Shown here: positions 1-13,564 of the stretch, one piece after another
Position numbering within the stretch: position 1 is the first letter of the stretch
Layout of the letters: every line of letters starts with the position of its first letter
From: Botryllus schlosseri
Taxonomy: Eukaryota
Length of the DNA: 64,000 nucleotides
NCBI GenBank assembly: GCA_051294905.1
Contig: CM119371.1
Coordinates: 34,412,001-34,476,000, forward strand
Reading direction: 5' to 3'
Translations under genes and position numbers: made by a program
Notes under the pieces: generated by a model
What the model was told of the DNA's origin: nothing
The model's database searches: none
What the model saw: only the letters and a program-made list of their open reading frames with translations

Positions 1-422
1 CAAGTTCATTAAAAAAATTTGCTTGTCAATTTTGGTACCAGATTTGTTGCGATCATACCCACATGTGTTGTCGTTGCGCGTTATTATTACATTCGCCAAC
101 CACCTATATTTGTGGAAGTAGGTTTTCGGCACTCGTTCATATCAAATCGAAGGCGCTTATTTTTAAGACACGACCACGTATTTCAAGAAATACATTTGCA
201 GGATTCGCTTTGAAATAATAGAAGTCAAACCAATTTCTACATGAATAGTATGATCTTATTTTGAAGAAAGTCATTATGTTGCTGTTTATCACTAAGCCTG
301 CACAAGACACATGAAGATTGCACGATAATCGAGCTAAATTTTAACTAAAACTGCGTGGGATCCGCGGGGGTCCGTGACGGTCCGAAAGGGGTCCGTGAAT
401 ACAAAAAGGTTGAGAATCACTG

Positions 423-780
423 TGTTAGAATGTCTTTCAATTCCCAATTTATGCGGTTCACTCGCGTAGCATAATGTAGTGGGCCTCTTTGATGTTGATA
501 TCTCACACAACACAACAAAAAGTGCTCTACAGATTCTTCTGCATTGCATTGCTGACCTAGTGGAGTCCCAGAACAACGGTTCTTATGCAAACGTTGATTC
601 AGTCTGCAATGGAGGCTTCTTAATCTCAGTAGAATTATGTCTCTTCGCCGTATTCCAATTTTAGCTATGACGTCGGTAATTGATGGTCGCAGATTCTTAT
701 ACGCTCTTCCGGTGTCAGTGATTTGGTATATCTGATCCGGTAACTTGTAGTATTCAAGGAAGGAGAAATCCCGATCCCAT
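423..780 (-). mobile_element. Non-LTR retrotransposon (I/Nimb/Ingi-like) ORF2 C-terminal fragment with degenerate CCHC zinc knuckle
   Basis: Stop-free minus-strand frame absent from the ORF track: TGRAYKNLRPSITDVIAKIGIRRRDIILLRLRSLHCRLNQRLHKNRCSGTPLGQQCNAEESVEHFLLCCVRYQHQRGPL. It matches the typical RR..il.RLRtgH..Ln..Lh....C..C...EtveHfll.C..Y...R tail. Truncated at 422 by a MITE end (GGTTGAGAATCACTG). Confidence 0.8.
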
Positions 781-2707
781 GAATTGCTATGTACCTGAAC
801 CGTTAATCTTCGCAGTGGTGGCCAAACACCATTTTACGTTGTATCAGGTGGAGCTTTGAAATGACGCTTCGACTGATCTGAATCCTTTTTGGCCGGGTTC
901 GCATTCCTCAAAGGTCGTTTTATTTTCTATTTTGAAAAATTAACCAAAATTTTCAGAAATGAGCCGCCAAGAGAATCCGATTAATTGGCACTGTCGTAAT
1001 AGTAGTTGGTATTTACTTGCCGTCTACGCGACCACCAAAGAATAGGCGAACGACCCCACGAGGGTCGCGACCACTAGATTGGGAGCCCCTGTGTTATAGA
1101 ATCGACGTGGAAGTTGGGATTGATCGTTCTTTATATATCTGGATAGAAGCCAACAGGGCTGATAATTATCGAAGTCTACGATTTAATTTTCGGTATCCAT
1201 AAGATGTGAAATTAGTTGCTATATAGCTGATCGTGCATTTAAGACCGGATGATCTAAGATGAACTCACTCCTCACGCAGTGTAATTAAGTCTCCTTGTCG
1301 TTACACCTTGGTTACATTTCCTTTATTGGAATCATTCTCTCGCAGCAATGCATTGTAAACATACACACACTCAAATAAGCACGTGCGATTTCATCACGTG
1401 GCTGTTTGAGTACCACATGACATCGCAATCGTACGCGACTGTCCTTTTATAGGAACGCCAATTCCCGCTTATTAAATGACCGCTTACCAGTGACAACATG
1501 CCACGTGAGATTTCATGGCATGGAAGAGAGCGATAAACGTAATTTATTTACGTAACCCTCAAGGCGAAACGTTTTGTTGTAAAATCACGTGGTATTTTGT
1601 TATTTACCTGGGTCACGAGACGACAACATGCCATTAAATGCCCTACCTTCAAGCTGTAGACAACTGACTCTCAACCGTCTGTCAGTGCAAATTTCCAACC
1701 AATCTTATGCCTTAATTGCAAACTTGTGCGCTTTTCCATCCATTAGAGAAATGGAACATCAAATTTTTAATTCATTTAGCAGTTTTGAACATGGTCGTTT
1801 GCATGATGTCATAACATGAAGCTCATGGTCTAATTTGGACGTCGCACTGCTACAAGTGCCGTACCAAACTGTTACCGTTTACCCGTATTCTCGTCCCATT
1901 TTATAAATTTTGTCATTTGTAGAAAGTGTCCTCTTTACTGGATCTCAAAATATGGTAATCCTATTTCAGACCATTTATACATGAACGGTAGGAAGACCTT
2001 TTCAACAAAATTCGTTGAATTTAGACATTACAATGGAGCAATGAGCATTGACGTGCGGTCACAACAGGCAAGGGGTGAGTGCCCCACTTGTCGCCAGTAT
2101 GGGTAAAGGAATATTGTGACACCTTCAAATGATTATATATACCTTCGATGTTCATGAATAACTAAATTTTCATCCAACATCACCAATTTCCATATTTATT
2201 GTTCCAAAATATATATCGCGAAATGAGAGGCGAGGCACAGGTGATGCACTAACGGGTCGTGCCTCACCTGCGACAATGCAATTTATCATAAACAGCTCAG
2301 AATTCGTAATGACTAGTAATAATCAAATGCTATTTTCTCACTGATTCCGAAAACCCGAATAGTAACAATCTTGGAAAACTGAAACCCACTCAAAATAGCC
2401 AAGGAATGCGCAATTCGGCTTTATTACGTACAATGGCAGCGCAGAGAAACAATGGTCGGGTGAGACAGAATCAAATCTGCCTCACTCACTAACAATCGGA
2501 CAATCCTAGCACAGTGAAACGCGCTATTGACTTCGGAAACCAACATTGTTGTGTGAATTTAATAGTAGCGACGGCCAATACGTAATGCAGAGCAAATATA
2601 CCTTTACTTTACTGATGTAGCTGTTATGTATTTTCCATCCGTACAGCTACCTGAAATTGTCGAATATGATCGCTACTTTCTTAACCTGCATCGTCGTTGT
2701 TTGTCGT

Positions 2708-2885
2708 CAGACTTGTAAAAACTACTGGATATTTTCAAAAAGTGCAATTAGAACTAGAATTAGAAATACTCAATTTTTAAAACTCGCAACTAGAACTAGA
2801 ACTAAAACTACCCAATTTTTAAAACCCGCAACTAGAACTAGAACTAGAACTACCCGATTTTCAAAATACGCAACTAGAACTAGTC
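2708..2885 (+). repeat. MITE fragment with tandem AACTAG-rich units; reverse-complement relative of the array at 26211-26655
   Basis: Starts CAGACTTGTA, the reverse complement of the TACAAGTCTG end at ~26646-26655. Contains repeated GCAACTAGAACTA...TTTTCAAAA units. Confidence 0.6.
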
Positions 2886-3103
2886 GAGGTCAATGCCTTT
2901 ACCAGGCATGAAACCCGCCGCACGTCACTGTAATCGAGCGATATTTGACAGTAGAAACACATCTGGCAAACAAAAATGTCGCAGTTCTTTCAATGGATAC
3001 CGACCAACTAAAATAAAGTTCGTGGTTTTAACAGGACTTCACCTTGCTGCAGAAACTTCCGCAGAGACATATATACCAACTGTAATATCGAAAAGGTAAC
3101 AGC

Positions 3104-5200
3104 TAGGGATGGTGTGAACCTCTGAAAGGTTCAGGTTCGTGTGAACGCGAACGTTTTTAAAAGGTTCTGTGTGAACGCGAACGTGAACCTCGTGACGTCA
3201 TATTGCTAATTCCAACCCTATCTTTCAATGAAGTGATAGCCTATATTAATGTACACTAGGGTTGCCATATTTTAGTGAAGCAAATTCCGGACACTCTTTA
3301 GCGCCTCTTAGTGGATTTTAAAATGAGGTGTAGCACATTGGCCGTTAATATGACGTCACACTAGCAAAGCATTGCCCATCGAGGAATGAAGAGGAACATA
3401 GGTCATGAATTGGGCCATCTGTAATGTGAGCTCTGGTGATTGCATGGGTCTCCATGGGGGACTCCATGGGTCAGATGAAATCATCTGACGGGCCGTGGCT
3501 GGCCTGTCAGGATTGTGTTTGACAGCCCTGCTATACAGTTAGGTCGATGCGGCTATCTGTTTGTGTTTTAATCAGGTCCGAAACAACATTTTTTTCTCCC
3601 CCCGCCCCCTCCCGCCCAAAAAGCACTGATCTTGGGCCCACCATAGGGTAGTCGATGTAACTTATTGGGCACTTACTGTATGCATTTGGCTGTTATATTT
3701 TAGGCTGTGTATGAATTCTGTCAATGATATTGATTCTTCGATATATAGGCTACTATAAAATGCACCAGCAGGTTGCACATCCGGTGATTTCCAACCTTTT
3801 ATGTTCGCGACCTCATCTCCCACTTGAAAATGTTCCGTGGCAAAGCTCAAATCTTGATAAGCTGATTACTAAAAAAATTCAGCTTGCCCAAACTTGCACA
3901 CGGCATAGGAAGCTGATTACGTTCAACACCATCGCGATCTCCAGATAATGGCGGACGACCCCAAGATTTGGAGCCACTGTATGTGATTGAAGCATCCAAT
4001 CGGCCTTAACCAACTCTAGGAAAATACCGTTAGCTTATAATTGCGATTACAATCAGACTTATTTCAGTAAATGATGGTTATTTATATTTATGTTGATTGC
4101 ATTTTTTTTTTGCGAGGGTGGTGCCTGAAGCCCGTACTAATATCTTTATACGTTGCAAACTCGCGCGCGGCGCGAAGAACAATTTTGAATAGCATAAATC
4201 TGCTTGAAAATAATATTGTTTATGTTGATTTACGAAAAACTTTTGAGCCTGCTTCAAGCCTTCAAAATTCCGGACATTTAGGCATATTTTAGAAATTCCT
4301 CCCGGACGCAGATTTTTCAGTGAAATTCCGGACATGTCCGGGAAATTCCGGACGTATGGCAACCCTAATGTACACGATACCTAGCGACGACTGGGATCAC
4401 ATAATGCCATAATGCTGAAGTACATTTTGGCGATTTAAACGTCGCTAAATGTATCAACTGGGGCAATCATATGATATAATACTCCCATAAAATCAATATC
4501 ATCCGTGGCTTTGCCAATAATTTGGAAGAGGGTTGCCAGGGAATATAAGCTTACGCCTTAACGGTCTTGACCAGACCAGGCAATGTATTCGTGTATGAGT
4601 ATTGCTACATTGGTATTGGGCAGAGTGTAATACAGGTTTTTATACTTGCTACCGATATTAGGCTTCCCCCTAAAGTTATACAGCTGTAGCCAACACCTCA
4701 ATCGCACGTATTTGGTTTTAATGATACAGTAAACATATGAAGTGAAGATAGACCCCGTACGCTAGCTAGATTTTTAACATCAAAAAACGACATCAATCTC
4801 ATTGATTGGTTGAATCGCTCTCTACATGTTTTGTATGTCGCTCGTGATGTTATGTGATTGCGGGTCAGCTCACAGCAGAGAGTCACTATATATTCACAAA
4901 CGGAAAGTTGGATATTTAGAGCAAAATTTTTGTAACAAAGCAAGTGAAATCTTTGAGATTGTCAAAGTGGATGCTCGTTTTGAGTTGGTTTTTTATGCTG
5001 CCGGCGTCATTGATAGAGTGGCCCGCAGTTGAAATGCAATAAATTCGAACCAAAAATGTCATCATGAAGAGAAAATTGTAATATATGAAAAAGGTTAACA
5101 GTGCAGAACCTACCAAGGTTCTGTTGTGAACGCGAACCTCCAAATTCCCGAGGTTCACACACAGAACGCGAACGTGAGCCTCGCGTTCACACCATCCCTA
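3104..5200 (+). mobile_element. Non-autonomous hAT-type element, family A, copy 1 (~1 kb plus nested insertion)
   Basis: TIR TAGGGATGGTGTGAAC / GTTCACACCATCCCTA. Perfect 8-bp TSD GTAACAGC (3096-3103, 5201-5208). Body homologous to 10808-14318 and 19129-20100. Confidence 0.92.
3257..4367. mobile_element. hAT-type MITE (TAGGGTTGCCATA family) nested in family A copy 1
   Basis: TIR TAGGGTTGCCATA / TATGGCAACCCTA. Perfect TSD ATGTACAC (3249-3256, 4368-4375). Family A copy 2 has the empty site (ATGTACACGATACC near 10963). Confidence 0.92.
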
Positions 5201-5399
5201 GTAACAGCAAATTTCCTTTCAATATTTCGTTTAAAGTTACATGCATTCGTCCTAACTACAATTTCCGCATAGATTGTTTTGATTGTTTTCTGCTCGCAGA
5301 AGCTTCAAGGTTGAGAACCACTGCTTCAGACCGTATTATACTTTCTGTGTTGCAGTAGAGGCATACGATGATAGGCCCCGACTGGATTGCTGGATTGTT

Positions 5400-5580
5400 T
5401 ATGAACACATCGATTTGCTAACCTTGCGATCGGAGATTTATGATGGCGTACCACAGGGGCAGTGTTATAAACGTAGGCCTATACTTCCAATACTTCTAAT
5501 TGCATTCTTGAATAGCATTATGATTACGTGAACACTTCTGACGTTTTGACGTAAGCGATACCTTGATTTTCGGTCAGATG
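5400..5580 (+). pseudogene. Possible highly degraded LINE reverse-transcriptase fragment
   Basis: Translation GVPQG....PILPILLIAFLNSI resembles the RT motif GVPQGS.LGPlLF.iyindl. A DTLIF-like stretch follows. Short and degenerate. Confidence 0.4.
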
Positions 5581-6666
5581 CGCCGTGATCGATATGATGA
5601 TGCGTCAGCCGGACGTGATAAAAATCTCGCTGCTCGTATCACACATCAACGTACGCCTATATTTCGATATGTCAACTCATATTACGATTTTCGTTATCGT
5701 CAGACAAACGTCACAATGTGTTGTACGAAGCGAAACCAAACCAGCTAGTCTGTACAAAGTTTGACAACTAGAAAATATTCTGCCTTTTCCTAATAATTAG
5801 ATTACCCGCCCTTCCCTCTAATTCAGTGGTTCTCAAACTTTGTTAGACACGCTCCCCTTTTTGATAGAGAAAAATCTCGCGCCCCCTTATCGGGATATCA
5901 CCAAAAATTAAAGAGAAAAATTAGAACGCTAGCGATCCCGACGGATAGTTTGATGGGATTGAAGGGGTTATGGCTATTGATGAGAGAATTCTCAAATATG
6001 AAATTCGGATAATAGACAGAGTGAATACCATCGCATGAGCTAGAGATAAATCATCACTTAACTGAGGCTTCACCTCCCCTTCGGATGCTTTCACGCCCCC
6101 AATGCGCCCTTGGCAAATACCGCGATCAGAAGCCACGATCCATAGCAAATAGCTATAGTGGTTCATCACATAAACAGCCACCAAGCAGTATATTTTGTTA
6201 TACCAAAATGTGTTTCTACTCCCTGAATGCATGTCTTCTTAACAAAGTGCGATCTCGACAACGTTGTATTGCAAATATTTTTTTCTTTTGCAAAATAAAT
6301 TTCAGTGGTACGGCGATGCTTGGTCAAGTTGCTATGACAATTTTGCTTGCACAAGTGATGCAAACATAAACCAAAACTACTTTATACTTTGCGGCTATGT
6401 TATCCGAAGTTGACAATGTAAGTATAGTGTTACTGAAAAACACGAAAAGCAAAGGTGGAAGTGTAGGAAAATCTTCCTTGAGTACTCCGGGAAAGTACAA
6501 GTACTTTGTTATTGACCACCTATGGGTATATAATTGATTCCATATAGCAATTATATCGTAAGAACATATGCCAAGTATATGATCTATCTTGATCAAACCA
6601 TCAACGATGGCAGGTTGACTCTCTATCCTACTATAGCCCTCCTATAGACGGTGTGTTGTATTCGAT

Positions 6667-7434
6667 CAGTGGTTCTCAACCCATGTGCCGCCAGTGTGCC
6701 GGTTGGATTGCTCAGGGAGTCCGTTTGAAAATGTGGTATAAACAAGACTGACGTATAACAAAAATTTAGGAATCCAAATTATGACTGCGGCATTGTCGGT
6801 GGTTCTATTATTTTTAACAGCTCAAGACACACAATGTACAATGCGATGTATTGAGCAGATGTGAAGATGCCGAAACTACCAAGTATGATTTCTCTCAATC
6901 TGGCATCGTCCTCCACCTAACATTCGATGTAACAGTGTTCGATCTAGATTTTGTTTGGCTTATTCTCGCTTTATCAATATATTTCTTGAATTCGTTCTTT
7001 TTCGATCGATTTCTGGGCCTTATTCTGGAAAGACACTGCGAACATGGCGGCGTACGGGAAAGACCTCCACCGAAGAAAGCGGTGAAACGCACACTCGCCC
7101 ACGTAACATAATGGCAGTTGGGAAAGCGGAACTGAACAAAAGGTCATCACTCTGGCAATTCGGCCGTGACGTTGAGGTTTGGCAGAAGGTGTTGGCTTTT
7201 TTATAGTCATTCCCATAAAGACCCAGGTCGAAACATCGACATGACGTAGGCGGTGACCTTTTTATATTTACTTTTTAGTCATATTCTTGCCAAATCTTCC
7301 AACTTTTATCGCGGCTCACTAACAACGGACCACTACGCTACTCAACACTCAGAGTGCTCGGAATGCTGGAGTGTAGCGAGCTATTTTTCCCTTGAGACGG
7401 TTCCACGAGGTTGAAAAGATTGTGAACTATACTG
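6667..7434. mobile_element. Old hAT/Charlie-type MITE
   Basis: Left end CAGTGGTTCTCAACC; degenerate right end ...GAACTATACTG. Imperfect TSD TATTCGAT/TATTATAT. Confidence 0.5.
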
Positions 7435-8051
7435 TATTATATCATTCGAGGGGAAATCACCTAGGCCTCTACTGAGGTAAATGTAACTTATCTCTTACCA
7501 CTTACAATCTAAGCCTGCGATAGCACTTCTGATAAGCCTTTAAAAGAGGCCACTGTGATTTCTCAATTATTATTGATAATAGCACTCAAATTCGTAACGA
7601 GCACTAGAGGGTCATTTTGGCGCCAGCACAGAAAACATTATTCTCATATGCCATAGATTCTGCAATACGTCATTCAATTGAAATAAAACGATTGGTATTA
7701 AATTTGATAACATGTGTTTCCCACGCCCAAGATCCATACGTGTTTCTACGTATCTACGTACAGAATCAGCCACGACCAGATTCACCGTAAAAGGGCGTCA
7801 CCGCAGACAGATAATAACAGACATGGTGCTATAAAAATACGTCACCTTTATTTTAGCTAAAGGATCATCGAACAAACACGATGATATAGTAAATGAGTTG
7901 TCAGACATTTGGGTAAGTGACACCATGAGACACATCAACATGGGACATTTGAGCAGGCAAATCCAGCCCAAAGACTTACCTTTGACTGTATTACTAACCT
8001 GACACTAATCCTAAGACAAGCTGTACCCTTACTCCCACGCACATGTTAAAG

Positions 8052-8215
8052 GGGGGGAGATAGCGCTGTGGTGAGCGTCGGCGCCGCTTACGCAGGCAGC
8101 CTGGCTTCAAGTCCTCCGTCGTTTCGGCATCGTGATTGGTCCATTACGTCGCATTGTGTCTTGTATATCGCATTGTACATTCTGTGAGTGTCTTGGGCGA
8201 ATAAAAATATAATTT
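8052..8215 (+). repeat. Possible tRNA-derived SINE-like repeat
   Basis: A-box-like TAGCGCTGTGG and B-box-like GGCTTCAAGTCC. The downstream segment (CGCATTG.GTCTTG..TATCGCAT.GTACATTCTGTGA.TGTCTTGGGC) recurs at ~59570-59620 and, inverted, at ~6820-6850. Confidence 0.35.
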
Positions 8216-9401
8216 GACGATATTTGGTATACCCAGTGGACAGAAAGCAGCGTCCTGACGTCTCTAAAAATTAACTATTTGTGGAGTATGACATACTAGA
8301 AGCAGAAAATTATAATGGAATGTAACTTCTGGCTTGATTTGAAGCTTTACCTTTCGGCTGATGCAAATTTCAATCTCCAAACTCATGACGCTTCTATACG
8401 CGTTTCACAAAATTGCGTTCAATTAAATTGCGTACATTCGTCAAATCTTCACCCAGCCTGTAAGCTTTGTCCAAAATTCCATGAACCTATACCGCATGGT
8501 TTCAATATTTGGTGTATAAGTTGTTATCCTATCCGATAATAATCGATTATCCGAGTGCTATCGTGTTCCTATACGTATGCCGGGTTTCGATACGTCGTAT
8601 CACTAAAATATCCAATTCTCAATTGTAATTCGATGCTGGTATATGTTGCCGTGGGGATTTTGCATCATATATCTGATGTATCTATTGATATCATTGTATT
8701 GACACTCATACGCAGTCATTGATTGATTCCGATAGTTCTTACTCCGGTACTTTCGTAGTAGCTCACCAATTACTGTTTAAACAAGTTACGGGTTGTTCCA
8801 ACTCCCTAACTTTACTGTATGCATACTCAAGAGGACGAAAATCCGTGAACACGAACCATACACGGTTTCTATAAATACAATAGTATTATCATCCGTGGAA
8901 GCGTTTAAACCTCGGTTTGTCATATCACAACGTAAGAAACAAGCACAGTACAAAGCTACTCAGCACTGTGACAACTGACAAGTGCATTGAAATAGGTAGC
9001 CTACTGTCGAAAATATCATATCATATTTAATGTGATATAGAATGGACATTATATTATTTGCGGTGGCGTTTAACCCTAATGAACGATACTCGATGCCTAA
9101 TCCTCGATTCACAATCGAAACACTCAGGTTAGCCAGGTACTTGATTTAGCCGACCATAACAATAATAATAAAAGCTTAGAACTCCAGGTGGCCGTGCTAG
9201 GAGTTGGCAGATCAGTAATCACGAGAATAACATCCGCGTGCTGTAAAATTATCAAAGTAATCGAAACATCATGAATACTAAAACAAAAACTACCGCAGCG
9301 AGAAAGAGAACCCTTTGGGCCCTTTGAACCCTTTGAGTGTTTCTTTGGAATGGAATAGAAGGAAGAGTTCCTGTGCATGATAGCGATATCCCAACATATT
9401 T

Positions 9402-9691
9402 TAGGGTTACCATACGTCATCCTGTTCTCGTTTTTCAGGAAATTTAGTGTGCGGTACTCGTTTCTGGCAATTCGTCCTCCTTTACAGCATTTACAGCTAG
9501 GATAATGGACAGGTTCAACTGAAAATCGGTATAAATGACGTTTTTTCGGTAATAAACGAGTAATAAGCGAGGGATTCGGGAGTCGAATGAAAGTGATGAC
9601 CTTTTTTTAGTCAACACAACAAAATGTCCAGTATATTTTGCAAAATTGACTGTTTTAAATGCTTTCCCGATTCCAAAATATGGTAGCCCTA
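9402..9691. mobile_element. hAT-type MITE (TAGGGTTRCCATA family)
   Basis: TIR TAGGGTTACCATA / TATGGTAGCCCTA. Perfect TSD ACATATTT (9394-9401, 9692-9699). Confidence 0.88.
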
Positions 9692-11058
9692 ACATATTTG
9701 ATATTGTCATTTCAAACAAACGTAATCGGTAATTTTGAATAATTGATTGGTGCAATGAAATTCGACGAACACCAGCACCTTTACTGGAAACCGACAGTGT
9801 TATACTTTCCACTTGCGGACGCTTTTACCTGCACCGTACACGTGCGGTGGTCGGAGCTTCCCCAATCAAGGAACACCTCTACTGCCGTTAGGTAGCATTC
9901 AAAGATTGCTTAGCATCCGGCATCATGGCTATTGTAAAGTTTCCGATTCGTTATGACGATGTTTCACGGGGAAGTGGAATTTCAAATGACACAGTTTCCG
10001 GAATATTTTAATTGATACACTTTCGTGATCTGTGTTCCTCCGTTCCGAAAACTTGAGTCACTGCTAGGCGATACGATGAATGAGTATCGTTGCATGAAAT
10101 ATGCAGTGGCCAGGGCATGGTATGGTATGGTGTGGTATGGAACGGGGAATTTCTTTACTCTATACCCGCATCAATCGTTCCATACCATACCTACAATTTC
10201 CCATACCATACCATACAAACATTCTTCACCATACTTGATACATTTTCCATATTTTCTCATAGTTGCCCAAAATCTCAAATACTTTTGTATTTTTGATGTG
10301 TGTATAGAATTAGCAGTTATCCATTTCATTTTAATCAGTCCTGACCTGATGCACCAATTCCATTGCTAATTTGTTTGTGTCATATGGCAACGATGTAGGT
10401 TGCCCATAATCATCGAAGGACGTAACGCATATAAACACAGAAAAGTAGCGATATCGACTCATTTTCACGTGTAAAACTAGTGTGCGAATGCATTACTTGC
10501 TGTAATTACATAAAACAAAGGTATTGTCGCATTAGAATTTATCTCAGAATACAATTTTACATCGCCGTGATCTTGCGATAGCGGAGTAATTGTCCAATTA
10601 ATTCACTCGAAAATGCGGGTCATACGACCCTATACCAGAGGCGGGCAACTTCTCCAGTCGGCGGGCCGAATATTGGAAAATGAAGTACTTTGTGGGCTGG
10701 ATTCCTAGATCGATACAGTATAATCGTGTATTTGTCAACCTATACAAGAAATAAATCATAATAATGTGAATTTCAAGTTGAAAGCATAGAGGCCAACAAC
10801 AATATCATAGGGATGGTGTGAACCTCTGAAAGGTTCAGGTTCGTGTGAACCCGAACCTTTTGGGAAGGTTCTGTGTGAACGCGAACGTGAACCTCATGAC
10901 GTCACGTGACGTCATATTGCCAATTCCAACCCTAAATTACAGTGAAGTGATAGCATATATTCATGTACACGATACCTAGCGACGACTCGGGCCACATAAT
11001 GCCGCAATGCTGAAGTACATATTGACGTTTTAAATGTGGCCAAATGTATCAACTAGGG

Positions 11059-13564
11059 CAGTGCTTTTCAACCTTTTTGCGCTCCGTTCGCACTTTTTTT
11101 GTAAAATAAATTTCATTCGCACAAACTAATCGAAAATTGTTATACAAAAAGTAGATGAAGATAGACCTACTTAACAACATTTTGTTCAGATGTGCAACAA
11201 ATTTGTACTATGTAGCTCAAAGGGGCACTGTGCCCTAAAAATTATGTGGTCTCGAATTGAAGGTAAAAACGAACAAAAATTTTTGGCCGCGGTCATTTCC
11301 TTCAGAACGCCACCGTAATGGAGCTGGAATTTATTGAAATTTCTACAAGACCAGCTGACGCGGCTGCTTAACCCGTTACATGGCACGATGTCTTCATCGT
11401 CGCACTTGCTCGACGCGATAAGGCATGTCACGCAGAGAAAGAAACTTGGAAACATTTCCTTCATAACATCGGCTGACAACTATCTAAAATTCGTTCTCTG
11501 CGTGACTGCCTATAATCGCATCGGGCAAGGGCGACGGCAAAGATATCGTGCGATGTAACGGGTTAAGCAGCCGCGGCAGCTGTTCTTGTAGAAATTTCAA
11601 TAAATTGCAGCTCCATTACGGTGGCGTTCTGAAGGAAATGACCGCGGTCAAAAAATGTTGTTCGTTTTTACCTTCAATTTGAGACCACATCATTTTTTAG
11701 AGCGCAGTGCCCCTTTAAGCTATAAAGTGTTTCAATAAATAGGCAACTTTTTTCGCTCGTTCTGCTTTCAATTATTTTACAGTTAAACCCTTCTCGTCCA
11801 AACAATGTTGTTGGGAATTTGTACAAAAACGTCTACTAGTGCTTGGATGGCCAGGTCTTAAAATCTGTTCTGCACTCCTATCCAAAATACAGCGCATTTT
11901 TCGCGAGTGAAAAACGTTTGCTGGCAGAAATCGTATTTAAGAGCTGACACAAAGGTCCCGCGAGGCTCCGGTTTGTCGAAAGGACGAGAAACTCACATGA
12001 TTGTGTTGCGGCTTTTGCTTTATTTCTTTGGAACATAAGGTTCAAAGCGATCATGGAGAGTAGGCACATTTCGAGCTCAATACCTGATGATACGTTGCTC
12101 CAACTTCTACCCCGCAAGTTTATGAGAAGAGCAAATAACTCACGATACTGTGAGATCTACTCTTTAACTCAATCTAACTTCAGAATTCATGACAATTTAA
12201 TAATGGTAAAGCAGCTTTTAGACTACCACCAAAATCTCAGTTTTTGTGGCATTATCGCGACCCAAGCCTCACCCATGAAAAGGATTCGTTTTTTATATCA
12301 GAGTTGTATGCTACGATTTTACGGGCATGTATGACATACAGAACGCGCACACCAGAATTCTACTCAACACAGCTCTACAAAACATGTCTGAAGCACGCGA
12401 TTTCAGATTAGGGCGAATTAAATCCCTCTGCGTATCGCAGTTGTACTACTCGTCTACTCAGATTGCAAGAACGGGACTATTCCGTGCAGGCAACGGAGCA
12501 TATCCAATCACTCACGAAAGGTTTGGCCATCCAGCATCGGTAATTTTAGACCGAGGTTTTGTCGCTGCTTATGTTTTTGGCACCGCATTTTATCAGCGGC
12601 TTGTTCACCAAAACTTTACGTCTTCATGTGCCCGACGCAGAAGGGGTTGGCCTCGAAATGAATGAGTCTCATAGGCTTGAGCTCTCACGTTGCACAGCCC
12701 TACACTAGTTCATCCCAACGGCCTTCGACCATGTTTTCCAGAAAAAACAGTCGGACAAATCTTATCATGAATTCTCGTGATGAAGCCATATTTAATGCGT
12801 GTCTCGCTTATTGGCTACAGTACTCAACACAGTGGTCTTGGATATGTAAAAACGTTTACAGGATATTTTGCAAGAAATTCAATAAATATTGCATAACAGA
12901 TAGCTCTGGCACCGTGTCGACCCAAAATTATACTCTTTGCGGTCCATACTTTAATAACCCTTGAAGGGGTGAAAATTTGTGTTACAGTAACTTGCAAATG
13001 TGAGTCTGTAATGATGGTATTTACTACTATCCTCGCGCCTCGCGCAAATCGAACAGTTATTACGAAAATATGATGATTGTTTAGCAAAGAAACCAGAATT
13101 TGACGTCTTTTTCCAGCTTGTCGCAGGCTCCGACGGGCTGATATACTGTATGCCACTATAGAGATTGTAGAGATCTCTATACCGCCACTACACCAGCTTC
13201 AAACCGGGTTTTTGGTTACGTAATCATTAGACTGCGGTAATATTAATTCACTACGGCGTGTGAGAGCTACGATTAGTGACGCGTCCTATCAAGTTTTGAC
13301 AATTGCGTCGTAACTTTAAAAGTTACACTGATCTTAAACTCCCTATTAGGTTTACTTGAATTATTCCACGTCAGAAAAGTTAACAATTAATCACGATTTT
13401 CATTCGCACTTGATCCGGAATTTCATTCGCACCATTCGCACTACCTTCGTCATTCGCACTCGATCCGGATTTTCATTCGCACTATTCGCACCACCTTCGT
13501 CATTCGCACTGCAATTTTTCTCATTCGCACAAGTGCGAACCGTCACACAGGTTGAAAAGCACTG
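11059..13564. mobile_element. 2.5-kb non-autonomous hAT/Charlie-type element (nest layer 4)
   Basis: Perfect 16-bp TIR CAGTGCTTTTCAACCT. TSD AACTAGGG/AACTGGGG. Empty site AACTGGGGCAATC in copy 1 (~4456). Subterminal CATTCGCAC repeats at 13400-13530. Confidence 0.9.
11221..11714. mobile_element. Foldback (palindromic) MITE, Kolobok-like (nest layer 5)
   Basis: Inverted arms of ~225 bp around a short spacer. Termini AGGGGCACTG / CAGTGCCCCT flanked by TCAA / TTAA. Weak symmetry extends ~10 bp further out, so the exact ends are uncertain. Confidence 0.8.

Noticed and set aside
10025..10369. WYGMVWYG / HTIP repeat ORFs (also 15625-16078)
   Set aside because: Translations of the (TATGG)n terminal repeats of the 10111-15948 element.
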